From a virus: a stretch of 64,000 nucleotides of DNA. Positions 17,801 through 26,177 of this stretch are shown piece after piece (positions within the stretch are counted from its first letter, which is position 1; the number at the start of each line of letters is the position of its first letter). The translations under genes and the position numbers were made by a program. The stretch lies in IMG/VR virus record IMGVR_UViG_3300047443_000115, positions 1 through 64,000 of that record, one strand, 5' to 3'. The notes beneath the pieces are model-generated. The model searched no databases, had not been told where the DNA came from, and saw nothing but the letters and a program-made list of their open reading frames with translations.

Positions 17801-19482
17801 ACCGGGCCTGGCAGTTTGCCGAACCACCTGATGACCGTGGTCAGGGCCTGCACGACGTCGCGGAGCATGCTGGTGGCTCCGGAGCCTCCCTCGATGAATG
17901 CGGTCTCCAGGGCGCTCTTGAGGCGCTGCAGGTCACCGACCAGGTTGTCGGTCTGCGTGGACGCGTACCTGCTGGCATAGCCCTGGTCGTTGGCTGCTTT
18001 GGTCCACGTTTTGATACCCGCCGCACCGGACTTGTAGACGACGGTCGCCGCGCGGGTGGCATCGGATCCGAAGATCGTGGCGAACGCTGCGTTGCGGGCT
18101 TCCGGGGTCAGCTTGGAGAAGGACTGCTGCATGCGGGCCGCGGTCTCGCTGAGGCCCACAAAGTTGCCGCTGCTGTCGTAAGCGGAGAAGCCAAGCCGGT
18201 CCATGAGGTCGGCAGCCTCTTTGGAGGTCGGTGTGAGGCGCATCAGCATCGTCTTGAGCGATGTGCCTGCGTCGCTTCCCACTAGCCCGTTCTGGGCGAA
18301 CAGGGCCAGCGAACCGGCGGTCTGCTCCAGCGTCAGGCCCGTCTGGTGGGCCATGAGCGCCGACTGCGCGAAGGCCAGGCTCATGCCGTGTACGTCGGTG
18401 GCGCTCTTGCCTGCAGCGGCGGCGATGACGTCGGCGATGTGCGCCATATCCGAACCCTGCAGGCCGAAGGAGTTCATGGCCTTGGCCGCCACCACGGCGG
18501 AGTCAGCCACGTCCATCTGGCCGGCCGCCGCCAGGTTCAGGGTGCCCTTGAGGGCGCCGCCGAGAATGTCGGCGGTGGACACGCCAGCCTTGGCGAGCTC
18601 AGTCTCTCCTTCAGCGGCCTGCGTGGCCGAGTACTGGGTGGTCTTGCCCGCCTGGATGGCGGCCTGCCGCAGCTGGTTCAGCTCGCGAGTTCCGGCCCCG
18701 GTGGCGGCCTTGACGCCACTCATGGCCTTCTCGAACTTCGAGCTGGCGTATACGGCGAGACCGAATGCTGCGACGAGGGTGAGGGACGCAGTGCGAGCGC
18801 CTCGGAGGGATTTCTCCGAGCTGGCCGCGCCCACGGTCACGGCTGCGCCCATGGCGCGGGCCCTGGCGCTGACGCGGGCCAGCGACGAAGCGGCGGCGGC
18901 CTGGGACGCCCGCGACGCCTGCGTGGCCTCCGCCAGCGCCAGTCGGCTCGCCAGAGACAGCCGGTTCGTGCCGGTCACCCCGGCCGCCGTCGCCTCGGTC
19001 ATGGCGGCTTGAACCTGAACGACTGACTGGGCGGCGCCCAGCATGGCCTGACGGCTTTGCATGGCCTGGCGCGTCATGCCGCCCATGGTCTGCGTGGACG
19101 CAATCCCGGCCGCGCGGAACGCGGGAGGGATCTCGCCTGCTGCGACTGCAACCTGCCGTGCCGCCCGTGATGCGCCAGCGGCACCCTGTGCCACCGACCG
19201 TTCGGCGAGCCGGGTGGCCTGGCTGGCGGCGCGCGCTGTCTCCTGCGTCATGGCCCGCGTGCCGTTGGCCAGGGCCTGCGACGACTGAAGAGAAGCCCGC
19301 TGCACGCCTGTCAGTGAGGCCTGCGCCTGGCGCCCCACGTTGGAGAACGTGCCGCCCGCCTCCGCGGCGGCGCGCTGCGCGGACCGCGCCATCCGCTGAG
19401 TGCTCTGCTCGGCCTGACGGCTGCCCGCCTGGAAGGCCGTGGCGTCCAGGCGGAGCCGCACATTCACGACGCGATCGGCCAT
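14824..19482 (-). CDS. Tape measure protein
   Basis: 1552 aa, Ala-rich, TP901-type core (YSATQAAEG..ELAKAG; GSDAGTSLKTML). Confidence 0.95.
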   Translation of the reverse strand: MADRVVNVRLRLDATAFQAGSRQAEQSTQRMARSAQRAAAEAGGTFSNVGRQAQASLTGVQRASLQSSQALANGTRAMTQETARAASQATRLAERSVAQGAAGASRAARQVAVAAGEIPPAFRAAGIASTQTMGGMTRQAMQSRQAMLGAAQSVVQVQAAMTEATAAGVTGTNRLSLASRLALAEATQASRASQAAAASSLARVSARARAMGAAVTVGAASSEKSLRGARTASLTLVAAFGLAVYASSKFEKAMSGVKAATGAGTRELNQLRQAAIQAGKTTQYSATQAAEGETELAKAGVSTADILGGALKGTLNLAAAGQMDVADSAVVAAKAMNSFGLQGSDMAHIADVIAAAAGKSATDVHGMSLAFAQSALMAHQTGLTLEQTAGSLALFAQNGLVGSDAGTSLKTMLMRLTPTSKEAADLMDRLGFSAYDSSGNFVGLSETAARMQQSFSKLTPEARNAAFATIFGSDATRAATVVYKSGAAGIKTWTKAANDQGYASRYASTQTDNLVGDLQRLKSALETAFIEGGSGATSMLRDVVQALTTVIRWFGKLPGPVQQSAIVIAGLAGAIGLVGTSLLLTLPRIRTVRTEMQTLGLTSARTSAAMATMGRASLVVAGLTAMSYASEKLNSVLKDAPPDVAKLTNSLVDLAQKGTVSGEAAKAFGDNLDGVGDAVARIAHPSVLKRVNDVLYSVTHPFMGDQGNLEEARDKVTALDQSLASLVQSGNSDVAAQAFARMATEANASGTSTEKLKTLLPQYTDALAGVDTQTKLTGDKQGALADAAQTTADALADQRTEAEKLTDALKTLNGVNISVAEAQIGFQQALADVRDSVKENGHSLDIHTDKGRKNKSAYLDAAKAAMDHAQAVSEQKNSVTAGNKVLEQDIYALKRTMRQAGFTETQIKSLTKAYAKLSPKSATQVRVDAAAALKDLDAVQGKVRGTKGKTIEVKALTQAGQRALEDLGYKVKRTKGRNVTITVPTGTQKRNVDALAAAIRGLRDKSVTLSVSRVTHIKTYSEAIALAKQQAKSSANGNIFSAYADGGMRERHIAQIAPAGAMRVWAEPETQGEGYVPFARSKRPRSRRITEEIVRRLGGDPSSIAWYANGGLRHYASGGFTYTPGGAPVLGGPGDAKQRYDKLIEQLKEAWKKLAAAMADAKKKADATSEAEANLHKVRSHHHTEAQLEAAENKLKKAREAETKATKAVTSARSGVNAVDAALGLKKGAKAPAGFDLKAYQNQLGKSVAATEKWRSSLGKIAKRGGAEVEALLEAMGEDGYALVNSLAGASEKQFNDIVKKLLKTGDTAKATLADFNKQINASTKVNAQFAADLQKLAAEGYGDLAQSLAAQGDAAAQTLAHEAAGSSTAAATANSAVKKNAATLTGDDLTNALTLISTLRAAPGSGYAQLIAAGLDTATIKALVPKIAQQIGALPAEYKDTFVRQWVQQGGVAMARGGILNRPTAVLGGEAGVRESWIPWDGSSRSRSLMAATAAAAGYQLVPAGRFASAGVSTAAVAREVSKQVTIHLYGAKQSSAEQAQDIARHLNFVG

Positions 19483-19485
19483 GGA

Positions 19486-19851
19486 CTACCCCCCGCGCTT
19501 GGTGACGGTGACGTGCAGGCCGCGGCTGTCGCCGCCCCGGTTCTGGTAGGCGGAGACGGCCTTCGTGGCGGTCGTGCACGCGTGGCAGCGAATCAGCTCG
19601 GCCTGGTACTTGAACTCGTTGTCGGGGTCCGTGACCTCGGACCAGGGGTGCCTGCAGTCCGGGCACTTCTCGGCCTCGATCTGCGCCAGGGCCAGCACCC
19701 ATGCCCGGTCTTCCTCAAGCCACAGCGACTCCCCCCGGGCAGGCCACGGGCGGCCCATGAAGACCGATCTGGGGATGCCGTGCGCCCGCGCGACTTCTAC
19801 TTCACGTCGCCAAGGGCCGCGAGGATCGCGGAGGCGCTCACAGAGAAAGGG
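19486..19851 (-). CDS. Tail assembly chaperone, frameshift extension (gpT-like)
   Basis: ORF overlapping the end of the chaperone gene in the -1 frame; CPDC...CHAC motifs. Confidence 0.75.
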   Translation of the reverse strand, partial: PFLCERLRDPRGPWRREVEVARAHGIPRSVFMGRPWPARGESLWLEEDRAWVLALAQIEAEKCPDCRHPWSEVTDPDNEFKYQAELIRCHACTTATKAVSAYQNRGGDSRGLHVTVTKRGG

Positions 19852-20315
19852 ATGGAGGTTGCCTCCGTGTTCACCGAGTAGGCAGCCCTGAACAACTCGC
19901 CGCGCTGCCCCTCGTTCAGCACCTCGTACAGTTGCCCCACCTCGGGCTCGGTCATGACCGGGTCGAGGCAGCACGCCGCGATCAGCGCCTTGGGGAACGT
20001 GGTCGGATCCCAGAGTTCGTCCGGGTTCTTCGCCGGGTGTGCCGCCAGTAGGTCCGACCACACCTTGTCGCCCAGCGCGCGCAGCCGGAACTCCACCGCG
20101 GACTCCTGCATCCGCGTCCGGGCCGCCTGAATCTGCTGGGCCAGATCCTTCGACGGATCGGTCGCGGCCAGCGAATCCGGCGCCCATGTGTCGGCCAGGC
20201 CGGCGAGCTGCCGCTCCAACTGCTCCACCTCGGACGCAGCCGACCCGTCCAGGTAGATGGGCAGGGTTGTCTCGCGCGGCTTGGCCCGGTTGAGGATGTC
20301 GCTGATATCGGGCAT
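19797..20315 (-). CDS. Tail assembly chaperone (gpG-like)
   Basis: MPDISDIL start, between major tail and tape measure genes. Confidence 0.85.
   Translation of the reverse strand: MPDISDILNRAKPRETTLPIYLDGSAASEVEQLERQLAGLADTWAPDSLAATDPSKDLAQQIQAARTRMQESAVEFRLRALGDKVWSDLLAAHPAKNPDELWDPTTFPKALIAACCLDPVMTEPEVGQLYEVLNEGQRGELFRAAYSVNTEATSIPFSVSASAILAALGDVK
19845..19851 (-). other. Programmed -1 ribosomal frameshift site C CCT TTC
   Basis: X XXY YYZ heptamer joins ...TSIPF to the -1 frame ...PFLCERLRD. Confidence 0.75.
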
Positions 20316-20794
20316 CAGGCCACCGTGGCGGCGGTCGCGGGCGGGCTCGTGACCTTCATCGGGCTGACGAACTTCATGACTTCGTTGGCGGCGGGGCTGC
20401 TGTTCTGCGGCTCGCCGCAGGTGATCGGGTAGATCTCGGCTTTCTGTCCAGCAGTCCACGCGGTGGCGTAGGCGACGCCGCGGCGGACGGCCAGGTAGCC
20501 CGAGACGCCGTACTTGAGGGTGGCGTAGGGCAGATCCTCGGGGGTGGTGGTGCCGCGCTTGTAGGTCGTCTCGGTGTCGAATCCGACACGGCCCACGGTC
20601 TTGGTGTCGAACGTGCTGGCCAGCGACGACGTGTCGACGTCGGCGGTGGACGGGTCGATCTTCAGCCCGTCGGGGGTGATGCGGGTCGTGAAGTCCTGAC
20701 CCGCGGTGAGCTCGGCCGCTGTCGGGGCGTTGATGTTGGCGATGCTGGTCACCCAACTCACCTTGGTCATTCCGTCGTTGATCAGGTCGGACAT
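20315..20794 (-). CDS. Major tail (tube) protein
   Basis: IANINAPTAAELTAG motif; position. Confidence 0.85.
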   Translation of the reverse strand: MSDLINDGMTKVSWVTSIANINAPTAAELTAGQDFTTRITPDGLKIDPSTADVDTSSLASTFDTKTVGRVGFDTETTYKRGTTTPEDLPYATLKYGVSGYLAVRRGVAYATAWTAGQKAEIYPITCGEPQNSSPAANEVMKFVSPMKVTSPPATAATVA

Positions 20795-20856
20795 GGACCC
20801 TCCTCAGGGCATGAAAAAAGCCCCGATCAACGGGGCGGGCAGGGCTGGGCGGTGGA

Positions 20857-21189
20857 TCAGATGACGAGGTTGGCGACGGTGACGCTGGTGGTCGACGAGT
20901 AGGTGATCGAGGCACTCACGCCGTCGGCGGCCGAGGCGAATAGGTCGGCGCTGATCGGGCCGATCAGTTTGTCGCCGGTCGTCGCCGGGACCGTGATGAC
21001 CACGTCGGCGACGAGCTGGTTGCGGATCCTGGCGGTCGCCGTGAGCGTGACAGTCATGCTGGAGCCGTTGGTGTTCTTGACATGCAGGAATGACCGCTCG
21101 CCGCACGTCACTGTGGTGGATGCGGCAGCGGCGGAGTAGGTCGGGGTGAGGCCGGTCAGGGCGACGACTTGCTGGGCCAGAAGGGCCAT
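20857..21189 (-). CDS. Small beta-rich virion protein
   Basis: T/S/V-rich ORF in the morphogenesis operon. Confidence 0.7.
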   Translation of the reverse strand: MALLAQQVVALTGLTPTYSAAAASTTVTCGERSFLHVKNTNGSSMTVTLTATARIRNQLVADVVITVPATTGDKLIGPISADLFASAADGVSASITYSSTTSVTVANLVI

Positions 21190-21199
21190 GGAGAACTCC

Positions 21200-21616
21200 T
21201 CAGGATGTGGACTGGAGCCGGTATTGGATCGGCAGGAAAAAGGTGGGCGGCGAGGTGTCGTCGTCGCGTTGCACCGGGGGCCCGCCGAGCTCCTCCGGCC
21301 GCCAGGGCGTGCGGCTAGCGACGGCGAGCGGCAGGTACAGCGCGCCGCGAACCTTGTCGGCGACCCACAGGCACTGCTCCTCCGTCGGCCCCACGCACGT
21401 CACCTGAAACGAGCACGCGAAGTCCGTGCGCAGGTCGGCCAGCGACTCCGGCACGGACTGGCCTGGGTCGAAATACAGCACCGCATACCGTGTCACCGAG
21501 CCATTCGGCGGGGCACCGTCGGGAGCCTTGCCAGCACCCACCGCGCCCGACGGCAACGCCGCAACCAGGGCGGCGAGCACTGCGTCCCGGTGCGGCAGGA
21601 CCGTGGGCGCCGTCAC
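21200..21616 (-). CDS. Tail terminator
   Basis: YAVLY...FQVTCVG...VQRDDD pattern; synteny. Confidence 0.75.
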   Translation of the reverse strand: MTAPTVLPHRDAVLAALVAALPSGAVGAGKAPDGAPPNGSVTRYAVLYFDPGQSVPESLADLRTDFACSFQVTCVGPTEEQCLWVADKVRGALYLPLAVASRTPWRPEELGGPPVQRDDDTSPPTFFLPIQYRLQSTS

Positions 21617-22005
21617 CGCAGCACCGTCAGCCCGAGCGCCTCCACTGCGGCCATGAACCTGGGCTCCTCCGCCAGCAGCGCCCTGCCGCCATCGTTGTGC
21701 GGAGGATTATTGACGGAGCCGTACTCCAGAAGGTTGCCCAGCGCGCCCTGAGGCTTGTCCTTGTCCGGGCCGATGACCGCCTCGACGTAGCCCACACCGG
21801 TGACCACCGGGTCGTAGCCGATGCTGTACGGGTAGATGCGCCCATGCCGCCCCGCCGTCGCGATCGCGTTCGCACGCCAGTCGTTCTTGATGTTCAGCGC
21901 ACCCTTGGTGACGACCGCCTTGGCTTCGCGCTGTACGGCCGCCGAGGCACCCGCCAGGCTGGAGCCCAGGTGCAGCAGTCCGGAAACGTCCGCAAAGCCG
22001 GTCAT
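21613..22005 (-). CDS. Tail completion protein (HK97 gp10-like)
   Basis: ...GALGNLLEYGSVNNPP motif; synteny. Confidence 0.75.
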   Translation of the reverse strand: MTGFADVSGLLHLGSSLAGASAAVQREAKAVVTKGALNIKNDWRANAIATAGRHGRIYPYSIGYDPVVTGVGYVEAVIGPDKDKPQGALGNLLEYGSVNNPPHNDGGRALLAEEPRFMAAVEALGLTVLR

Positions 22006-22415
22006 GACCTGTCCTCCGCACTGATCCGCCACGCCGTTGCCTGCGCGTTCAACTGCTCCGCCGTCACCCACAGAGTCCGACCCGTCAGTCGGCCGTCAGC
22101 GGATGCCGTCACCTGGACCTGATCACCCGGGAGGACCGTCTGCCCCGTGGGCGGCAGCGCCGAGAATGGCAGCGACACCACGTAGTCACGAAGGACTACC
22201 TCGCGCTCGCCCGCCTCAACATCCGAGCTGGCCGACCGGCCGAAGGGCTTCACCCGCGCCTTGCCCGTGTACAACTCCACTGGGGTACCCGGCGTCTCCG
22301 TGCCCGTGGTCCGGTTGAACACGACCGGGCCCGGCCGCCAGATGCGGACCGTGTCGAGCATGATGGCCTCGTGCTCGCGCCGGCCCGACGCCAGGGCTGC
22401 ATCCAGGGCGGTCAC
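22002..22415 (-). CDS. Head closure/stopper protein (DUF6093-like)
   Basis: MLDTVRI...LYTGKARV...QATAWR pattern; synteny. Confidence 0.75.
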   Translation of the reverse strand: MTALDAALASGRREHEAIMLDTVRIWRPGPVVFNRTTGTETPGTPVELYTGKARVKPFGRSASSDVEAGEREVVLRDYVVSLPFSALPPTGQTVLPGDQVQVTASADGRLTGRTLWVTAEQLNAQATAWRISAEDRS

Positions 22416-23047
22416 GAGGCCCTCACGCTGAACGCGGCGACCCGGTAGGGCCGCAGGTCGTCCTTGTGCTGCTTGGTGAGCGCGGCGCCGCCGATGGTCT
22501 CGGAGGCGAAGGTACGGCTGTAGTCGTCGATGGCGACCGACCGCAGGTTCTCCGGATTGCTGAGGGTCATCGTGGCCAAGTCCAGGACCACGTCGAGGAT
22601 GTCGTCCGGGATCACGCTGTAGCCGTGGCTGTAGGTCAGCCGGACTTTCGGCGCCCACGCACCCAACGGCCGGTTGAACGGCCAGCCCATCAGTCGCGAT
22701 GGCGCCTGCCACGGATAGCCCCGGGTCAACTCCGAGCCGAGCCGGGAGTAGTCGCGGTTCTCCAGGGCCACCCATTCGATGCCACTGAAGTCCGCGAGTT
22801 CCACCACGGTCAGCGGATTCGACCCGTCGACCACGAGCGGACGTTGCGGAACCCGCAACACGCGCTCGCCGCCCGGAACTTCGATCGTGTCCCCGGCAAC
22901 GAATGAGATGTCCTGGCGGGTGTACCTGCGGACCCGGCCCGACGCCCGACGCAGCGCCAGCGTCGCCTGAGTGGTATCCAGGCTGCCTGTCGGGCGCTGC
23001 ATCGCCGCCTCAAGGTCGGCCACCGTCGCCAGCAGGGGAAGAGCCAC
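22412..23047 (-). CDS. Head-to-tail adaptor
   Basis: LATVADL...TYSHGY..IPDDI...NPENLRS motifs. Confidence 0.8.
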   Translation of the reverse strand: MALPLLATVADLEAAMQRPTGSLDTTQATLALRRASGRVRRYTRQDISFVAGDTIEVPGGERVLRVPQRPLVVDGSNPLTVVELADFSGIEWVALENRDYSRLGSELTRGYPWQAPSRLMGWPFNRPLGAWAPKVRLTYSHGYSVIPDDILDVVLDLATMTLSNPENLRSVAIDDYSRTFASETIGGAALTKQHKDDLRPYRVAAFSVRAS

Positions 23048-23059
23048 GGCGGCCTCCCC

Positions 23060-23443
23060 TCAGTCCTGCTCGGCGAGCTTTTCGAGCTGCTTCACCAGCG
23101 TGGAGCGCGGCTTGTCCTTCGCCTGCTCCGCCTCCAGCGCCAGCTCGGCGCGCTCCGGGTCGTCGCCGACCCAGGCCAGGATGTCGGCCGCTGTGCCGTC
23201 GGCAGGGAGCGGCTCGTCGTCTGGCTCGGGGGTGGGGTCCTCGGGGTCGTCGTCCTCTTCGGGCTCCAGGTCGTCGTCCTCGGGTTCCGGCTCCGGGTCG
23301 GCTTCGAGTACCTCCACCGACTCGCCAGGGCCGTTGTCGTCCAGGTGCCGGGCGAGGTCACCCACGAACTCCTCGCCCTCAGTGAAGGGCCGGACCTCGT
23401 AGTTCCAGTACGCCGCGAACGGCGTGACGATGCGCACGCGCAT
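23060..23443 (-). CDS. Acidic capsid-associated hypothetical protein
   Basis: D/E/P-rich; ...AEQAKDKPRSTLVKQL C-terminus typical of genes after the major capsid gene. Confidence 0.7.
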   Translation of the reverse strand: MRVRIVTPFAAYWNYEVRPFTEGEEFVGDLARHLDDNGPGESVEVLEADPEPEPEDDDLEPEEDDDPEDPTPEPDDEPLPADGTAADILAWVGDDPERAELALEAEQAKDKPRSTLVKQLEKLAEQD

Positions 23444-23504
23444 GCCTGATCTCCTTACTCGGGGGCCCGTCGGCGCAGGGCTCTCCTGCGCCGACGGGAA
23501 CCAA

Positions 23505-24842
23505 TCAGGCGTGCTCGATAACGACACCGCGCTTGAACAGCGCCGCGTCGCCCGTGCCCGCATCGGAGGGAACGCCGTAGTCGCCGACCCACGACCAGGT
23601 CGTGGAGATGACCTGCTGCAGACGGTCGGTCGGCGGACGCACGATCAGCGAGATGTCCACGCCGGCCGCCGGAGTGATGTTCCGGATCTCCGGCACATCC
23701 TCCACTCCCGAGCCTTCCAGGAGGGTTCCGGTCCGCTCGAACGGGGCGGCGATCAGCGCACCCGCACCGAGGACAACCGGCCGGTGCACCGTAAGCGTTG
23801 TCGCCGAGCCACCCAGGACGGTCGGGACCTCCAGGTTGCGCACCCAGTCAATCCCCGCAAACCGTCCGATGCTCAGGTCGCGGTAGATGGGTGAATCGAC
23901 CCTGCCTTGCAACGCCTGCTTGAAGTCGGAGTCGGCGAACAGCTGGGCCTCAGTGTCCGGGTCGATGTGCGCCACGTAGTAGCCGCCCAGGGTGGGGACC
24001 GCCATCTTCCGCAGGCGAGCGACCGCCGACCGGAAGTTCGCGAAGGTGACCGTGTTGGAGCTGGACAGGTCGAAGGCTGAACTGCCCGTCGCCCGGACCG
24101 AGACCGGAGCGTTCGCCGCGACCACCGAGTCGCCAGCGGTGTCCGCACGGGCCGTACCCAGGGTCAGCGTTCCCGGAGTGCCCGGAGTTACGCCGGTCAC
24201 CGTGTTCGCGACGCCCGCGATCGACACGGTCAGCGGGTTCGACGCCGACACGGCCGTCGGAACGCCGTTGACGAGTACCTTCTCGAAGCCGTTCGTGGAC
24301 TGCACGATGATCGATGAGTCCGAACCGGCCGTGGTGGTGCACCAGGTCCGGCCACCCGCGTAAGCGGTGTACAGCTTGTTCCGGGCGATCTGGTTCAGGG
24401 ACTGGCCGGCGTTGATGCCGAGCGTCTCGCCGTCGGACAGGAACTTGTTCGCCAGCGCCATCGAGCTGGACAGCATGTTGGTGTCCATGCTGTTGCCGTA
24501 CTGGTCCATCGTGACCGAGTACTGCTCAAGGTTGTACGTGGCCGCCGACGGGTCCGAACCCGTGATCGCGGTGGTCGCTGTCGCCAGCAGGCCGCGGCGG
24601 GTGAACGTCTTGGTGTCACCGAGGCCACCGGCCCACGGCTGCGGGTCGGCGATCTGCGGGAACAGGAACTCGGGCACGAGCGCGTCCTGGAAGACGCGGT
24701 CGAGGATGCCGTTCTGCAGCATCGCCCGGATCGCAGCCGGCACGGTGCTGCGCACGTCGTGTCGGTCGAGACGGAACCACGGCCGCGCCGCGCGCCGCTG
24801 GACATTCAGCCGCGGGCGGACCGCGGTCATGGTGGGGCTCAT
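23505..24842 (-). CDS. Major capsid protein
   Basis: 445 aa after scaffold and protease genes; HK97-fold-like segments (QYSVTMDQYG, YVAHIDP). Confidence 0.85.
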   Translation of the reverse strand: MSPTMTAVRPRLNVQRRAARPWFRLDRHDVRSTVPAAIRAMLQNGILDRVFQDALVPEFLFPQIADPQPWAGGLGDTKTFTRRGLLATATTAITGSDPSAATYNLEQYSVTMDQYGNSMDTNMLSSSMALANKFLSDGETLGINAGQSLNQIARNKLYTAYAGGRTWCTTTAGSDSSIIVQSTNGFEKVLVNGVPTAVSASNPLTVSIAGVANTVTGVTPGTPGTLTLGTARADTAGDSVVAANAPVSVRATGSSAFDLSSSNTVTFANFRSAVARLRKMAVPTLGGYYVAHIDPDTEAQLFADSDFKQALQGRVDSPIYRDLSIGRFAGIDWVRNLEVPTVLGGSATTLTVHRPVVLGAGALIAAPFERTGTLLEGSGVEDVPEIRNITPAAGVDISLIVRPPTDRLQQVISTTWSWVGDYGVPSDAGTGDAALFKRGVVIEHA

Positions 24843-24845
24843 TCG

Positions 24846-25034
24846 TCACTCCTGGGTGATTTCTACGGACACGAGGTCCGGGTACTGCCGGGCGTATTCC
24901 TCAAGCCCGAGCAGTGCGGTTTGGGTAATTGCGGTGATCGCCGCACAGACGCGGCCGTCCACGGCGTGGCCCTCGTGACCGGACACCTCAAGGAGCGTGT
25001 GTCCGTCGCCCAACCGGGCGCGGATTTCGATCAC
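24846..25034 (-). CDS. prp: Prp-like (ribosomal-processing cysteine protease/DUF464) miniprotease
   Basis: EVSGH(20)...VC(30)AAITA...LGLEEYARQYPD matches the Prp His-Cys dyad pattern. Confidence 0.8.
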   Translation of the reverse strand: MIEIRARLGDGHTLLEVSGHEGHAVDGRVCAAITAITQTALLGLEEYARQYPDLVSVEITQE

Positions 25035-25783
25035 TAGTAGCGCTGCCGGAAGCCGACCTTCGCCAACTCGGCCGCGACCTCGTCCTTCGGGGCGCTGCGG
25101 AAGTCGGTCGCAGGTGCAGGCAGACGCGGCCCCTGGCCCGGGTCAGGCTTCGGCTGACGTACCGGCTTCTTCTCCGGCTCCGGCGCGACTGGCTCGGGCT
25201 TGGCCCAGTGGGGCTTGCGCTCCAGCAGGTCAGCCAGCGCTGCCTCGATCGCGTCGGTGTCGATCTCGCCGTCCGAGTCGACGTAGTCCTTGACGTCGCG
25301 CATCAGCACGTCCACGGCGTCGCCGACGTCGGCGAACTGGCCGACGGCCAGCACCTTCACCTCGGCCTGCACCGCTCGCGCGGTCGCCTTCGTGGCCTGA
25401 TCGGTGAGCCGCTCAGCCCTCGCCTTCTGACGGTCCAGCTCGGACTTGTCGCGGTCCTCGAAGTCCTGGACCTTCTGGGCGAGGTCGGCGAGCTGCTTCT
25501 TGGCCGTCGCGGCTTCTTTCCTTGCTGCAGCCCTGTCGGCCTTCATGCGCGCAAGGGCCCTCTTGCCCTCGTCGCCGAGCTTGTCAGCGCCCTCCGGCTC
25601 AGGGTCCGGGTCCGTGGGATCGGGATCCGGGTCCGGCTCAGGATCGGCCGGGTCGGGGTCGCCCTGGGGGTCGACAGGATCCGGGTCGGCCGGATCCACC
25701 GGGTCGGGGTCGTCGTGTCGGTCGAGCCGGAACCAGTCCGCGCCCTGGGCAGCGGACAGCCAGCTTTTACGGATGCTGTGCAT
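25034..25783 (-). CDS. Capsid scaffolding protein
   Basis: D/P-rich N-terminus, coiled coil, KPDPGQG C-terminal motif. Confidence 0.85.
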   Translation of the reverse strand: MHSIRKSWLSAAQGADWFRLDRHDDPDPVDPADPDPVDPQGDPDPADPEPDPDPDPTDPDPEPEGADKLGDEGKRALARMKADRAAARKEAATAKKQLADLAQKVQDFEDRDKSELDRQKARAERLTDQATKATARAVQAEVKVLAVGQFADVGDAVDVLMRDVKDYVDSDGEIDTDAIEAALADLLERKPHWAKPEPVAPEPEKKPVRQPKPDPGQGPRLPAPATDFRSAPKDEVAAELAKVGFRQRY

Positions 25784-25843
25784 GGTGGGGTGTCTCCCAT
25801 TGCGGGATTGGTCTCGCACCGTTGCGGCGCAAGAGGTCTGTGA

Positions 25844-26122
25844 TCAGCGGGCCTTTGGCGGTTGCCCAGTCCCGGGATAAACGTCGCCGCCCAGAATCGC
25901 GGCACGTCGGGCAGCGACATGGCTCTGCTCAGCGGGGCGGGTGGTCTGGAGGCGCAGTAGCTCCTCGATCAGTTCCGTCTTCTCGCGCTCCGCCTGCTTG
26001 CATCGCTTTTGCCACTGCCGAGCGCGAGCCCGCCAGTACTCGACCGTCCCCGCCTCAATGTCAGGATCGATTTCGTCGAGCTGGCCATCGGAGGACGTTG
26101 CATCCCCATCGGAAGGCGCCAT
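25844..26122 (-). CDS. Hypothetical protein
   Basis: ORF with GGAG RBS within the head operon. Confidence 0.55.
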   Translation of the reverse strand: MAPSDGDATSSDGQLDEIDPDIEAGTVEYWRARARQWQKRCKQAEREKTELIEELLRLQTTRPAEQSHVAARRAAILGGDVYPGTGQPPKAR

Positions 26123-26177
26123 TGCGGCTCCTTTGGTAGCGGTATCCGAGGTGCCGGAGAACGGCCAAGAGTGAGAC

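Noticed and set aside
25600-25715. GGATCCGGGTC-like tandem repeats
   Set aside because: Explained by the Asp-Pro low-complexity linker of the scaffold protein.
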